A DNA stretch of 64,000 nucleotides. It comes from Octopus sinensis. Its lineage: Eukaryota. Position numbers and translations under genes: made by a program. The stretch's first letter is position 1, and each line of letters starts with the position of its first letter. This document shows positions 1-12,360 of the stretch, piece after piece. The notes under the pieces are model-generated. The model saw only the letters and a list, made by a program, of their open reading frames with translations, was not told the DNA's origin and did no database searches. The DNA lies in NCBI RefSeq assembly GCF_006345805.1, contig NC_043000.1, positions 14,012,001-14,076,000 on the forward strand. The letters are read 5' to 3'.

Positions 1-420
1 TAAATAGATTTTCTGGTCTTGCAGAGCAAGTCTTGTCCAAAGTGTGCCATTTTTGTTTTAAACTACAAGTGAAAGCTGATAATAGACTAGTTAATATGGT
101 TTTAAGTTGTGTGCTATTTCTGAGTTGATGCAGTGTAGCAGTGTATGCTTTGATATATTTATTCATGAAGGTTGTGTGTGGCTATCAATGTATGATAAAT
201 AATGCAGGAGTTGTGCTATTTATATAAAACCATCATAGACTTGATTAATTAAATTTTCTCTTTGAACACCTAAACATATTTCTCTATCTGCCAGGTAATT
301 TGTATCTTTCTATCACCGCTGGCGGAATATTCCATATGCGTTCTACAAATCCTGCACTAAAATTAAATGCTCCATTCTTTTGGTGAACTGGTATGTTTGG
401 TTGCCTCAAAACACTTAGAC

Positions 421-606
421 AAACATCATCATTTAACGTACACTTTTCCATACTTGCATGGGTCAGATGGAATTTGTTGAGGCAGATTTTCTACAGCTGA
501 ATGCCTTGGTTCTAAGCACGGTAATATTTTCCCATGGCTAGACATAGAGAGGACTGAACCCAAGACCACATGGTTGGGAAGTAAGCTTCTTAACCACACA
601 ACTACA
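421..606 (-). mobile_element. Degraded SINE: family-C tRNA-like head joined to the (ATG)n-type tail
   Basis: Plus strand shows the catcatcatttaacgt...catggg tail remnant and the reverse complement of the head GGTGTAGTTGTGTGGTTAAGAAGCTT..., which recurs at 3115 and 58730-58860. Confidence 0.5.
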
Positions 607-1342
607 CCTGTACCTATACATCTCTGGAAAATATTTGTTTTAAAAAAAAAATTGCTACAAAGGAAATTTTCACATTAATTTTAAAAAGATTTGAATTTTG
701 TGATGACTTGTTGATGTTTAGTCCAAGGTCAGCCATAATCATCTTAACTATCCAGTTTACATTGTCCAGTATGTCTTTCCATTTTATAAAGCAGATGATT
801 TGAGAGAGAGTCAGAGAGCTGGCTTTTATCTGAAAATATCAAGTTACCATATAAGAAGCTCCTTCAGTTGGCTGATTAGTATTCATAAAAATTGTAGGCA
901 ATGTAGTGAAATACAACCTATAAATTTGCTGCTTGTTAAGCAATTTTTCCAATCACACAACCCTATTTGTAAATATATCATTCAGTAAAACACAGGTGAG
1001 GAAGTGTAAATATTAATAAATCCATAACAAACTAAATCCTAAACACTTTGAATGTCAAAAGTATGGCTGTTGCCAACATGACTTTAACCTTTTTGATACT
1101 AACCTGTTTGAGACTGCTCCTGGTTCTATGATACAACCTGGTTTTAACGTGATCGAAATTAAAGTCTAATGCCAAAATTTCATGTTAATTGATGTTCCAA
1201 ACACTAGCTTAGTAATGACTATTTGTATTCAACAGAAATATGGTAACAAAATATTTAATCATTTATCTGCTGAAAACCTGGTTTTGGCAATAATTATATA
1301 AAGATGAAAAAATTTTTAATGCATAGAGTTACTAAGTTTTAA

Positions 1343-1530
1343 CCCTTTAGCATTCAGATTACCTTATTTAATATTCATTCACATTGTTTTAAATTGATCG
1401 TGCATTATTTCGTAGCTTCTAGATTTTGATGATGTGATTGTTTATTTTTAGAATGACATTGTATAGTAGGTATGTGAAGCCAGATTTGGCTGGAGGTGGC
1501 CAATTTAAATGCTAATTAGTTTAAACATCA
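1343..1530. mobile_element. Degraded piggyBac-like MITE, family B
   Basis: Starts TTAA|CCCTTTAGCATTCAGATT like the intact copy at 32195; the right end is decayed. Confidence 0.45.
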
Positions 1531-1889
1531 TTTGAGGGGTAGGAAATGAAAATGGCTTTTTTTGTAAGAATCTTAATTGTAGTCAGCAGATCTAATTGGA
1601 GACCATACCTCTATGATATAATAGGATGGAAACAAAGTGCCAAAACCTAATCAATATAGAAGCAGTAAAATTTTTAAAAACCTCCATACTAATAGCTTTA
1701 CTTCCAAACTTATTTTGTCTTGTAATATTCTGAAAATGGTAAATATTTTATGAATTTGTGTTGCAAGACTCTTGATGTGAAACTCTGAGTTGAAACAGAT
1801 ATTGTTATATTTTGGGAGCCCCTACCCACAATAAACACTTATGTACTACATATTAATTCTTCACTCATTTATTACTGTTCTCATTTCAT

Positions 1890-2046
1890 CACATCTTTGG
1901 CTTCCTCTGCGACACTTTTCGTCCTCGTGTGTACGCCTGCTCTACTTAGTCCATTCTGTTCTTTTATGATCATAGAACAGAATGGACTAAGCAGAGCAGG
2001 AGCACACATGAGGTCAGAAAGTGTTGCCGAAGAGGTCAGAGATGTG
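1890..2046. repeat. 157-bp imperfect palindrome (fold-back)
   Basis: Arms align ungapped except a 3-nt bulge; 13 mismatches (10 transitions) by manual alignment; centre TATGA|TCATA at 1969/1970. Confidence 0.85.
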
Positions 2047-2194
2047 TGCTGAAAGATTTCCGGGCAGTGGACATGAGTTAAAATAAAAGCAGTAACAAAC
2101 AAGTGAAGAACAAATATATATATATAGTGTGTGTGTGTGTGTTTATTTGGCAAAAAAAAAAGGGTAAATATTTTATCGTTTACTTTCTTCATCA

Positions 2195-2530
2195 TTTGAC
2201 TGCAGCCATGTTGGGCTACCACCTTGAAAGGTTTATTTGAACAAATCGACCCCAATATGTATATTTAAGTCTGCTTTGTATTCTATCAGCCTCTTTTTTG
2301 AACTGCTAAGTTAAAAGGATGTAAACAGACTAACACCTGTTGTCAAACTGTGGGGTGGTGGGGATGACACAAAGACTCACACATACATATAGTGGGCTTC
2401 CACATAGTTTTCATCTACCAAATTCACTCACAAAGCATTGGTCAGCCCAGAGTTATAGTAAAAGATGCCTAATGTGATGCACTGTGGAACTGAACACAAA
2501 ACCATGGTGTTGCCAAGCAAGCTCCTGAAG
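2195..2530 (-). mobile_element. tRNA-derived SINE, family C
   Basis: Reverse complement of the 3115-3490 copy (tail ...gcagtcaaatga, body ...cttgacaac..., head ...ttggcaacaccatggttttgtgttcagttcc). Confidence 0.7.
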
Positions 2531-3114
2531 TTTATAAAATAAATCAAACGCCATCTTATTTCAGAATTTTCTCAAGGAACCCTCTTTGGAAAACACTGCC
2601 TTTCATTAATAAAAGAACCAGCTTGTATTGTGTGACAAACTCCACCATAGTGTAATAATTTCTGTGAGGTACAATAAGAAACAAAACTCCATTGCTTTGG
2701 GGAAGTTGTTGCACCATCACAATTCTCCTTTTTTCATATGTGAAGGCCTTAAATTTTGGCTCTACAGAATGAGAAGTAACAATCATTAAAACTAAATGGT
2801 TTGGTTTATCTGCTTAATTTCATACAAACGGTTTTGTTTTGTAAGTGGATACTCTCCCAGAAGAGACTTATTTGCAAGTAATATATACTTTAAGATACTT
2901 TAAAAATAAGTATTGCAATGAGACATAAAATATGAATATGAACTACTAGTTTTCATAACTAAGCTTTATTAACTAACTACAGCTGGTGGTGAATACGCTA
3001 TAACTTGAATGATATTCTTGAGAGACTAGCACTTTAGCTTTAAAGGTATGCAAAATATATTCTACTGTATGTTTTTCTTTATTTTTAAGATCATATTTTT
3101 TTCTGTTCTAAACA

Positions 3115-3490
3115 ACGTTGTGTGGTTAAGAAGCTCACTTTGCAAGCATGTAGTTTTGGGTTCAGCCTTACTGTACACCACACCCAAGCTGACTAGTGCC
3201 TTGTAGATGAATGTGGAGGCCTGTTTTTGTGTGTGTGTGTATGCATATCGTGTATTGGAGATGTGGGTGTGTCTTTGCATCTGCTTGTCCCCTGCTGTCA
3301 CTTGACAACCAGTGTTGGTTTGTTTATGTCCCCATAACTAAGCAACTTGGCAAAGAGATCAATAGAATAAGTATGAGGTTTGATAAAGAATTAAGTAGTG
3401 GGTTAGAGTTTGGTTTAGGTTCTATTTATTGGAACCCTTCAAGGCAGTGCCCCAGCATGGCCGCAGTCCAATGACCAAAAACAAGTAATG
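3115..3490 (+). mobile_element. tRNA-derived SINE, family C, near full length
   Basis: A-box-like GTGTGGTTAAG and B-box-like GGGTTCAGCC head; body and tail (cagcatggccgcagtccaatgacc-aaacaagtaa) shared with 2195, 34270 and 59695. Confidence 0.75.
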
Positions 3491-4762
3491 TGTAAGATGG
3501 CAAAATAGCTGTTCTAATGGATTGACATTTATTGTTAACATACATTTTAAGAAATCATCTTATTGCGGGAATCAGAAAGCAGAACTTTGTAGAATTTTGT
3601 ATATAGATATAACTGACATTAAAATGTTTGTCTCATGATTTGTTTTTATGGTGAATTTGAACAGTTTCTATTTATATTTGTTAACATAGATTGAACATGT
3701 TCACAAATTGAGTTATAGGCGAAAGTTGTTGGGAAGTAGTATACCTTAGCTTTATGGCTGGCTGACTTCTAGCTTCACGTTTGAGTGGTTCTTATTCTTG
3801 TCCTTCCAATTTTAGCAATGGTGTGTGTACGTGTGTGAAACAATATTTAAAAGTCTTTGTTGTGCTCAAAGAACAAAAATTGAACCTTCTTATATCGCGA
3901 CCTATGTTGGTATTTCTAGAGTGAATTGGTGGCTATAAAGCCATAACCTGCATAGTTACTGTGGCAGTTGTTGGATCCTCTCTAAATATACTAATTTTTA
4001 GGGAGTCTGACCCCCTACTGTCTTTCTGCTTCTTACTATTTGCTTCTAATTACACTTAGTAAAAACATTATTTAACATAATAGTTTTGCATCAACTCTTG
4101 GTAAACCAAAGGCCATGTAAATGGATGAAAATAGAGCAATCTCATCTGTCCATTTTAAACAGCATTTTCCACAATATATAATTAGAAGCAGCTAAGTTAT
4201 CCCTTTACCCCCCTGCCCCACCCTCTTATCCACATGGATATTTTAAGCCAAGGTTTGCTACACTCAATAACCTTGATAGTTTTTTTCTTTCCTAACTATT
4301 AAACATTAAACCTGTTCTTTGAAAGAGAAATTGCTCTATCAATGTGGTAAGTTAAATTAGCAGAAAAGATACTTAATTTCTGGAAGTGTGTGTTTTCCAT
4401 CCTCTTGCCATTTTCATTTGGCCAAATAAAAGCTACTTCAAATTATTATTGATTTATTGTTTTTAATCAGTTTTGTTGAATGATTGATTGCCCTATTGAG
4501 TAAGCTTCTCATTTCTGATTTTCATTGAGCAAAATTTATGTAATTTGACTCAATACTTTTACTTAGTATCTTAATAATCATATGCCTCTCTCTTTCTCTC
4601 TCTCTCTCTCTCACACACACACAGATATATATATACATTAGTGATAACAATAATATTTTACTTGGTGATTAATTTCACTAGCTTGGTTATTACTGAATTA
4701 CTGGCTAATTCTTAATGGCTTGCTTAGCTCATAAAAGCAAAATAAGTGCTCCATTCTACTTT

Positions 4763-4795
<33 letters not shown>

Positions 4796-5570
4796 AGCAG
4801 AGCAATTGAGAAGATGAAAGTAGAATATTAGAGTGAATTAATGCAATGGCTTAGAGAATGTGTCACTTTTCTGATAGCTATTTTTGACTGCATAAGTACT
4901 GTTGGTGCATGCTAGATTAGTAATATCCAAGCATAAGTACAGTGTTCTTTCATTTGTAGTACTGAAGGATAAAGATAGCTTGTGCTTGTTTTCTACCCCT
5001 CTCCTACCTACATTCGTCAGCGAGATGGAAGGTAGAAATTAGCTATGATAAGTGAACTGCTGGCTGTGTGTTGCTTTATACTAGTGTTCTATTGACATAT
5101 GCAATGCTCGTTTCCTACCTTACTTTAAATTACAAGTTTTGTGCAGTTTCACATGGTTATATTTCTAAGTTCACTAAACTGCAACAAGACTGAAGGTAAT
5201 TAAGCAGTTATTATGTAGGAGAGTATATAAATTTGCTATCTCTTCACATTTGATAATATAGAATTATTTAATTTTCTTTTTTTTTTCTTTTTTTTTTTTC
5301 TTTGTAATTAAAAAATTATTTAGTGAGATTAAGTAGAATAGTTGTAAATTTTTTTATTTATTGGAACGTAATTTCAGAAATTCTTAAATAAAAGCATGAA
5401 ATTTTTTGCATTGTTTTACGTAATTTGATTTTCCATTTTGATATAAACATTGTGATGGGTAGTTTCAGATGGGTTGGTTATTTGGAGCTTGGAATGATTT
5501 TAGATGCAGATGATATCTAGAAGATTAATTTAATATTTTATGCTGTTGTTAGATATAATAACTTTACATA

Positions 5571-6177
5571 AAGGCGGTGAGCTGGCAGAAACGTCCGCAT
5601 GCCAGGCGATATGCTTAGCGGTATTTCGTCTGCGTTACGTTGTGAGTTCAAATTCCACCGAGGTCGACTTTGCCTTTCATCCTTTCGGGGTCGATAAATT
5701 AAGTACCAGTTACGCACTGGGGTCGATGTAATAGACTTAATACCTATGTCTGTCCTTGTTTGTCCCCTCTGTGTTTAGCCCCTTTAGGGTAATAAAGAAA
5801 TAGGTATTTCGTCTGCGTTACGTTGTGAGTTCAAATTCCACCGAGGTTGACTTTGCCTTTCATCCTTTCGGGGTCGATAAATTAAGTACCAGTTACGCAC
5901 TGGGGTCGATGTAATAGACTTAATACCTATGTCTGTCCTTGTTTAGCCCCTTGTGGGTAGTAAAGAAATTGGTATTTCGTCTTTATGTTCATCACCATCA
6001 TCGTTTAACGTCCGTTCTCCGTGCTAGCACAGGTAATTCTGCTGAGGTTGACTTTGCCTTTCATTCTTTCGGGGTCTATAAATTAAGTACCAGTTACGCA
6101 CTGGGGTCGATGTAATTGACTTAATCTCTTTGTATGTCCCCTCTATGTATAGCACCCTGTGGGCAGTAAAGAAATAA
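5571..6177 (+). mobile_element. tRNA-derived SINE family A with tandemly triplicated body
   Basis: Head AAGGCGGTGAGCTGGCAGAA, B-box GAGTTCAAATTCC, core GTCGACTTTGCCTTTCATCCTTTCGGGGTCGATAAATTAAGTACCAG present three times. From memory the core resembles the Meta/MESC SINE domain (needs a database check). Confidence 0.85.
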
Positions 6178-6329
6178 TAACTTTACATAGGTTTCCCTGT
6201 AAGCACTTTTTCATTGTTGAGTGACAAAAACTTTAGGTCTTGTTAATCATTAGCTTTTCAAGTAAGCTATCACAGTAGTCCATGTATTTGGTATTTTGAC
6301 AAATTCATATTATCCCTTTGTATGCTTAA

Positions 6330-6554
6330 TCTTTTAGCATTTAAACTAACCATATCTGGCCTAAATGTCTCACCTGTTTTGTGTTCAGACTAGCCAGATC
6401 CAGCCTCTCACACCTACCCTACAATGTAATTCTAAAAATAAACAAATTCCATCAGTAAAATCTCAAAGCAACAAGATTAATTCAAAGCATGATTAATTCA
6501 AAAAATGTGATAGATAAGCATTACATTTGACAAAGTAATCTGAATGCTACAGGG
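6330..6554. mobile_element. piggyBac-like MITE, family B
   Basis: Ends ...AATCTGAATGCTACAGGG|TTAA; internal sequence matches 40220-40430. Confidence 0.65.
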
Positions 6555-9249
6555 TTAAACAAAATGCCTACCCTTCATTTGAGTTCATACTAGTTACTCA
6601 GTACTATTTCATTCATTACTTTATTTTGCTATGAAGATCACTAGCCAAAGCTTTTATTTATGATCATAGTACCAATACTTGATGCTAATTCACAAGACAT
6701 TGGTAATGGATTGAAATATTCAAAACCATTAAAGGCAATGTAGATTGTACTTTCTTCCTAGAATGAAATTGGCAAGAAATATTAAAACAAAAACCTGAAG
6801 GTCATATCCATAATTTCTTAAAAGGTTGGTGTTGAGATCCTTGGAATATAGTAAGCTTGATGATATTTTATAATTTTATAATAGTGCTTGTATGCTTTCG
6901 CTCCCTCTTTCTATCTCCCAAATACACTGTCGAAAAATGTATCATGATAATTTGGTATTTAGGAAATACTGATCAAGGTTGGGCTTTGGGCTAAAGATTG
7001 AGTTCAGAGCTTTTAATTCGCTTTTTTTTTTTTTTTTTTTTTTGCTTTTTTTTTTCATTTTGGTTTGCTTTTGCCATGCTGGAGCACTATGTTGTCTTTT
7101 GGAAATATATAGCTACTTAGTACCAGCAACACATGATTCTTTTAATCACCATTAACATATGGAATTTGACTTATAGAGCAGTTGGACGTCTGACATCCTA
7201 AAAATTATTAAAAATTCCTGGAGAAATCTTAACTATAAAACTACAATCAAACTTATGTCTGTCTAGGAATCTGTAATGATTTTCTCTTTGAGCTGAGTTT
7301 ATGTCCCAGTGTTAATTCATTGGTCTTGGAAATCATAAATACATCATTATTTTCCATTTTCTTCCTTCAGCATTTCAGTTCTTTTCATTCATTATGCACC
7401 AAATCTCTATATTCTGTATTAATAGATAATAATTTGCCCTTTGGGCTCTGATATCTGTTAGAAAATGAAGCTACTGACATGATGCATGGCAACAACTGAA
7501 AGTTATTTTCGTTAACACCCTCTCTTCTCTTCTTTGGTATTTAGGTTGTGGGACATTTTGGTGAGAGTTTTTAGCTAAGTGGCTTTAACTGCACCTCAAC
7601 AATTTCTTGCATTCTACTTATCTCATGTGAAATACTATATAGAGTAGGGTTTAAAAGTAGAAAGAATACTTAAAAATAAAGGTACATATGGTTATGTTAA
7701 TGATTAATGATCTTCATGAGCAGCATAATTAACTTGTTTTTCCAAATTGTAATTTGCTGTAGTAAACTTTGTACATCAGAAATGAAAGCAATAACTTAAA
7801 ATATCAACCAATAGAATTCAATATGGCTATAGTCACTCCCAAACAAGTGCTCATGCATTTTCTAATATTAAGTCTTATTTGTATGTAAACTAAGTGAAAC
7901 AGCATATAATATTTAAAAATAATTTACATGGCACAGGCATTGCTGTGTGGTTAAAAAAACTCGCTTTGCAACCATACAGGTTTGGGTTCTGTTCCACTAC
8001 ACAGCAATTAAAAGTAAAGTACGTGTATAAAATTTTTAAATGCCACCACTGTGCTAGACAATAGGAAGGATAAAGACTGCAAAACAGGGCCTACCAAATG
8101 CCATAACTAGAAGAGCAGGTCCTGTATTTATTTTTTGTAACTACTCTTCTGTGGATATATTTCTTAGTTGATTGACAATATTATGTTTTAAATCTTCAAA
8201 CAAAAGCATTAGAATTTATTTATTGGTTCCTAGTCAGGATGTTTTACAGTGACACTAATGAATTAGACAAGGTTTGGGCTAAGTTAATAGTATCTAATGG
8301 TGTCTTTGGATAATATTGGCTGAAATCTAAGTTTGTCAATTACATGATAATTAAATAGTGCTGTTGAAAGTAAAGATGGAATTTAAATAGCTAACACTAC
8401 TTTTTGTTTTAAAACCAGAACAACTGTTTTTCTTAAATAGGTTGTATTATCAAATTTCATGGTCATTTATCTGGTGAATTTTATTTGTGGTATAACCATA
8501 AGCACCAAAGGGTAATAATTGCCCTCAGTGAACTACAAGCTTAGTAATTACAAGAATCAAATGAATATTGTCAAATTAGGTTTTAATATGTCATCTACCT
8601 CTCAGATTTGGATTATCAATTCTATGACCCTTGTTTCATTTTGGATTCAATAGTTACTGGCTAATTAAGTTAGAAATTAGTTGTCAGTGCTAACCAGTGC
8701 TTACTTGAAGTGTAGGTTCAGTAAGTCCAATGGATTTGATGTTTCCTAATTACAAGAAATGCACTGCTCCTACCTGGTCACCCAATTCTACTAGCTTGTA
8801 AGGTCATCAAGCGATGGCAAGTAACTAGTTGTTTATGAGTAGGTTTGTGATTCCAACTAACATTAGTACAATCAATAAAGAAAATAGCTTTCTCTGTGTA
8901 GTGGACAGCTTGACAAATATGTGCACATACTGATAGAGTATATAAATGAAATTTATGCTGCTAAATTTTCCCCACAAGTATTGTTTGTATAAATAACATG
9001 AATACATAATGCCTTTAAATAAATAAAAAATGTTAAAGCTGTGTAGTGTTATGACATGGCAGTTATATAGTTTAGCCCATTAACATTTAAACTGGCAATG
9101 TCCAGCCGAAATATTCTTCCTGCTTTATGTTCAAACTAGTCAGATCTGGCCCCTCATACCTACTCTACAATGTCATTCTAAGAATAAATTACCACATCAT
9201 CAAACTCATGAAGGTACAAGAAAATGCTGGATTAATTCAAAACAATGTA

Positions 9250-9904
9250 AACTAGAGCACTCAGAGAGTGCAAACCTCCACCAAGGCAACACCAACGTCC
9301 TCTCAACGATTAGCCAGAGATGATTTTTAAAATGGGAATATCTGAAATAGACTCAACTGCTCTCACAAATGAGAATACTAAAAATGAACCCAACCGCTTT
9401 CAAAAATTAAGTGAAAAGAACAGGAAAAATAATCCAGAATCCTTGTGTGGATTGATCCCAAAATCTAATCAGTTCATGCCAGTCATGAGGCCAAACATCC
9501 CTGAAAGTTTTATCCAAATCTGCCTCGTGTTGGTGGCACGTAAAAAGCACCCTCCAATCGTGATCGCTGTCAGTCTCGCCTGACCCCTGTGCCGGCGGCA
9601 CGTAAAAAGCACCATCTGATCGTGGCCGTTTGCCAACCTCGTCTGGCACGTAAAAGCACCCACTACACTCACGGAGTGGTTGGCGTTAGGAAGGGCATCA
9701 AACCATAGAAACATTGCCAGATCAGACTGGGCCTAGTGCAGCTTTCTGGCTTCCCAGACCCCAGTTGAACCGTCCAGCCCATGCTAGCATGGAAAGCAGA
9801 CACTAAACGATGATGATGATCCAGTGATCCAGTGATTCTTGAGATATCTTGTTCACAAACAAAAACATATAAAAACAATAACTCCACCAAGGCGGAGGTA
9901 GTAA
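9250..9904 (-). mobile_element. Non-autonomous Helitron/Helentron-like (HINE-type) element, interrupted by a SINE-like insert
   Basis: On the minus strand the 3' end is hairpin GCACTC-TCT-GAGTGC followed by tCTAGtt; subterminal inverted repeats CCTCCGCC...GGTGGAGG; 5' local hairpin CTCCGCC-TT-GGTGGAG. Confidence 0.55.
9526..9820 (+). mobile_element. SINE-like family D (GC-rich ~60-bp internal repeats, (ATG)n tail)
   Basis: GTGGCACGTAAAAAGCACC units followed by the conserved body and tail GCATGGAAAGCAGACACTAAACGATGATGATG; homologous to 53441-53860. Confidence 0.75.
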
Positions 9905-11298
9905 GTATTATAATTTGAATACTAAAGAGTTAAGCATATATCTGTCCAGGCTACTTCCAAACCTTTTCTAAATTTAGGGAATTTCAATTAACATCTCGTA
10001 ACAGGCCTGATCTCTGTATTGAACTGCTTGTCAATTGATAGAATACAGTACAACAACTATTTAATAGTTACTGAGGTTTTATAGGTTTTGATTGCTGACT
10101 ACACACTTAATCAGATGTTCAAACATCATTACTATGACCACATACATTATCACAGAGACTATAAAGAATACAAACTGCTAAAGTTCAACATTGATGTCAA
10201 CTTGCGCAGTACTAAAACCACTGTTCAATTTCATTTACTCCAAACATACTTCCTCTACAGCAAGACCCTTGTTTCTTTGGTGTTGTGAAAGGCATCCAGC
10301 TGTAAAAGTCTTGCCAAAACAATCACAGAAGTCTGGTGCAGGTTTCTGCTTGGCTGGCTCTTGTGAAACTCCCTCCCATGGTAGCATGGAAGACGATGAT
10401 AATGATGATAGTAGTAGTGTTTCAACTTTTAGAGCTCAGGTTAATGTAGTGATGAATGCTAAGAAAGCAAAATTGACCCTAGTTTATGATTCTTGCTTAG
10501 ATCTGTGTTTAATGTTGCATGATTTGTCTTGATGGAAACAATAATTAGTAATCAACAATTCATTACTAGTGAGATAATTACCACCAAAGTGTTGTGCCAT
10601 GTCATATCTGCAGAGACAAAACTAAATCAATAATATTTAATAGTTTAAGAAATGTCAATGGTAGTTTCACCCCATACTAGCGGAGTTTGTTTGATGGGGG
10701 TGAGACAGACATTCTTTCAAGTATTAACAATTTATTAACGTTAGTGTCATTCAACTGTGACCTCTTTCTTTTTGCGAACAGACCAGGAAAGAATTGACCA
10801 TGGATCCAATGATGGACAAAGGAGCTTCTGTCTATCCTGTTTCACCAGCATTCCTCCTTTGATTATAATAGACTTATTCCAACTTAAATGGGAATTGCTT
10901 GTGTATTGGATATATAACCTAAAACTGAGTATCACAATTGTGCTATTGTTCACTGACAAATATTGATAGGTACTTCTTGAAGTGCTTATAGAATGGATAG
11001 GATGCTGGTCACAAAGAATATTCTCGGGACCTGGTATCTATTTCCAAACAACTGGATGAATTGTGGCAATGTACTTGTAGTAGATTTGAAGTCACAACTT
11101 ATCAGTTGGTAGAATAATACCTTACCCATTCAACCTATCTTTGACTTGGCTAAGATCAATCTGATATTACAAAGAGTTCATGTAATTTTGGCACAAGGTC
11201 AGCAATTTCAGGTGAAGGGAAACTAGATAGTAATGACATGAAATGTTGCTAAGCATTTTGCCCGGTGTGTTAACAATTCTGCCAGCTCACTACCTTAA

Positions 11299-11507
11299 CC
11301 CTTTTGTTACTAACCCGGCCGAAACCGGCTATGGTTCTGTAGTACAAGTGTCTTGTTTTCATAAGTTCTGAATTAAAATCTTCCACCAAACCTTAGTCAC
11401 AATTTATGTTCCTAACACTAGCTGAATGATGACTAAGTTATTTTACTAAATTCTTTGTTATATTTAAAGTAATTGAGAGAAACACAGAGCATCTCAAAAT
11501 AAAAGGG
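11299..11507. mobile_element. piggyBac-like MITE, family A
   Basis: TTAA|CCCTTTTGTTAC...AAAGGG|TTAA; internal sequence matches 57837-58057 and 59020-59241. Confidence 0.8.
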
Positions 11508-12301
11508 TTAAGTGTATATATAATTTTGGTAAAAGGATTTGGAATCAGTGCATAGGATTTGATGCTGTGGGGAGTTGACAAATGTAATCATCTCAATTAT
11601 GTTTCTTCAGAAACCTATCACACTAAAACATTGTTTTTATATTGTTCTATACCATAGTAGCGTTATCAACAGAATTTAGTGCTGTTTCTTGTGGTTAATT
11701 TGTCATTGAAATAGATGGTGTTGTAATATATTTGTGAGAAGGACCAGGCTTTTTTTTTTTTTTTTTTTTTAATTTGTTTAGTTCATGATATGGGAAGCTT
11801 CATAATCTGAGGTGGGAATAATCCTTCAGTTGACTAAGCTAATTTTAATGTGTGTTGACTAAAAAGACTCTAGGTGTAAGTATAGGTTTTATAAAGATGT
11901 AAGGAAAATTTGTCTTATGATGATTGCAAATGTAAAATTCTAAAGTTTCTAATCCCTAATATTCATGGTAGAATGCCTATTTGGCAAGTATATCAAACAA
12001 AAAGACTGGTGCCTTTTTACCAGCTCATTGTTTTGTAGAAAGACTAATATAATTTTTATGATTATCACCATCATAGGCAGATTTAGATCTACAAAGATGT
12101 GATGAAACGCAAGTAAGTGCTTCTAAGTGTAATATTTGCACCTGTAATGGAAATATTATTGAAAGGCAAAGATTTAAAACATTTACATTGATTTCATTAT
12201 TAATGCTCTAAAATGAAAATATTTATGTATAAATTGTTATTATATGATGCATTGAAGTTGAAATTAATTTTCTTTTACATTTTTTTTTCTGTATTTTTCA
12301 G

Positions 12302-12360
12302 AACTGAATGGTTACTTATGATAATATTGTTCTTGTGACTAGGGGTCATCCTCCTGTGAA
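12302..12360 (+). other. Probable 5'UTR portion of the zinc-finger coding exon, after a splice acceptor
   Basis: Polypyrimidine tract and acceptor ttttttttctgtatttttcag ending at 12301; an in-frame TGA at 12319-12321 supports ATG 12361 as the start. Possible upstream non-coding exon 12077-12112 with a GTAAGT donor at 12113. Confidence 0.55.

Noticed and set aside
1881-2255. 124-aa minus-strand ORF
   Set aside because: It arises from the palindrome plus a SINE tail and microsatellite; no recognisable domain.
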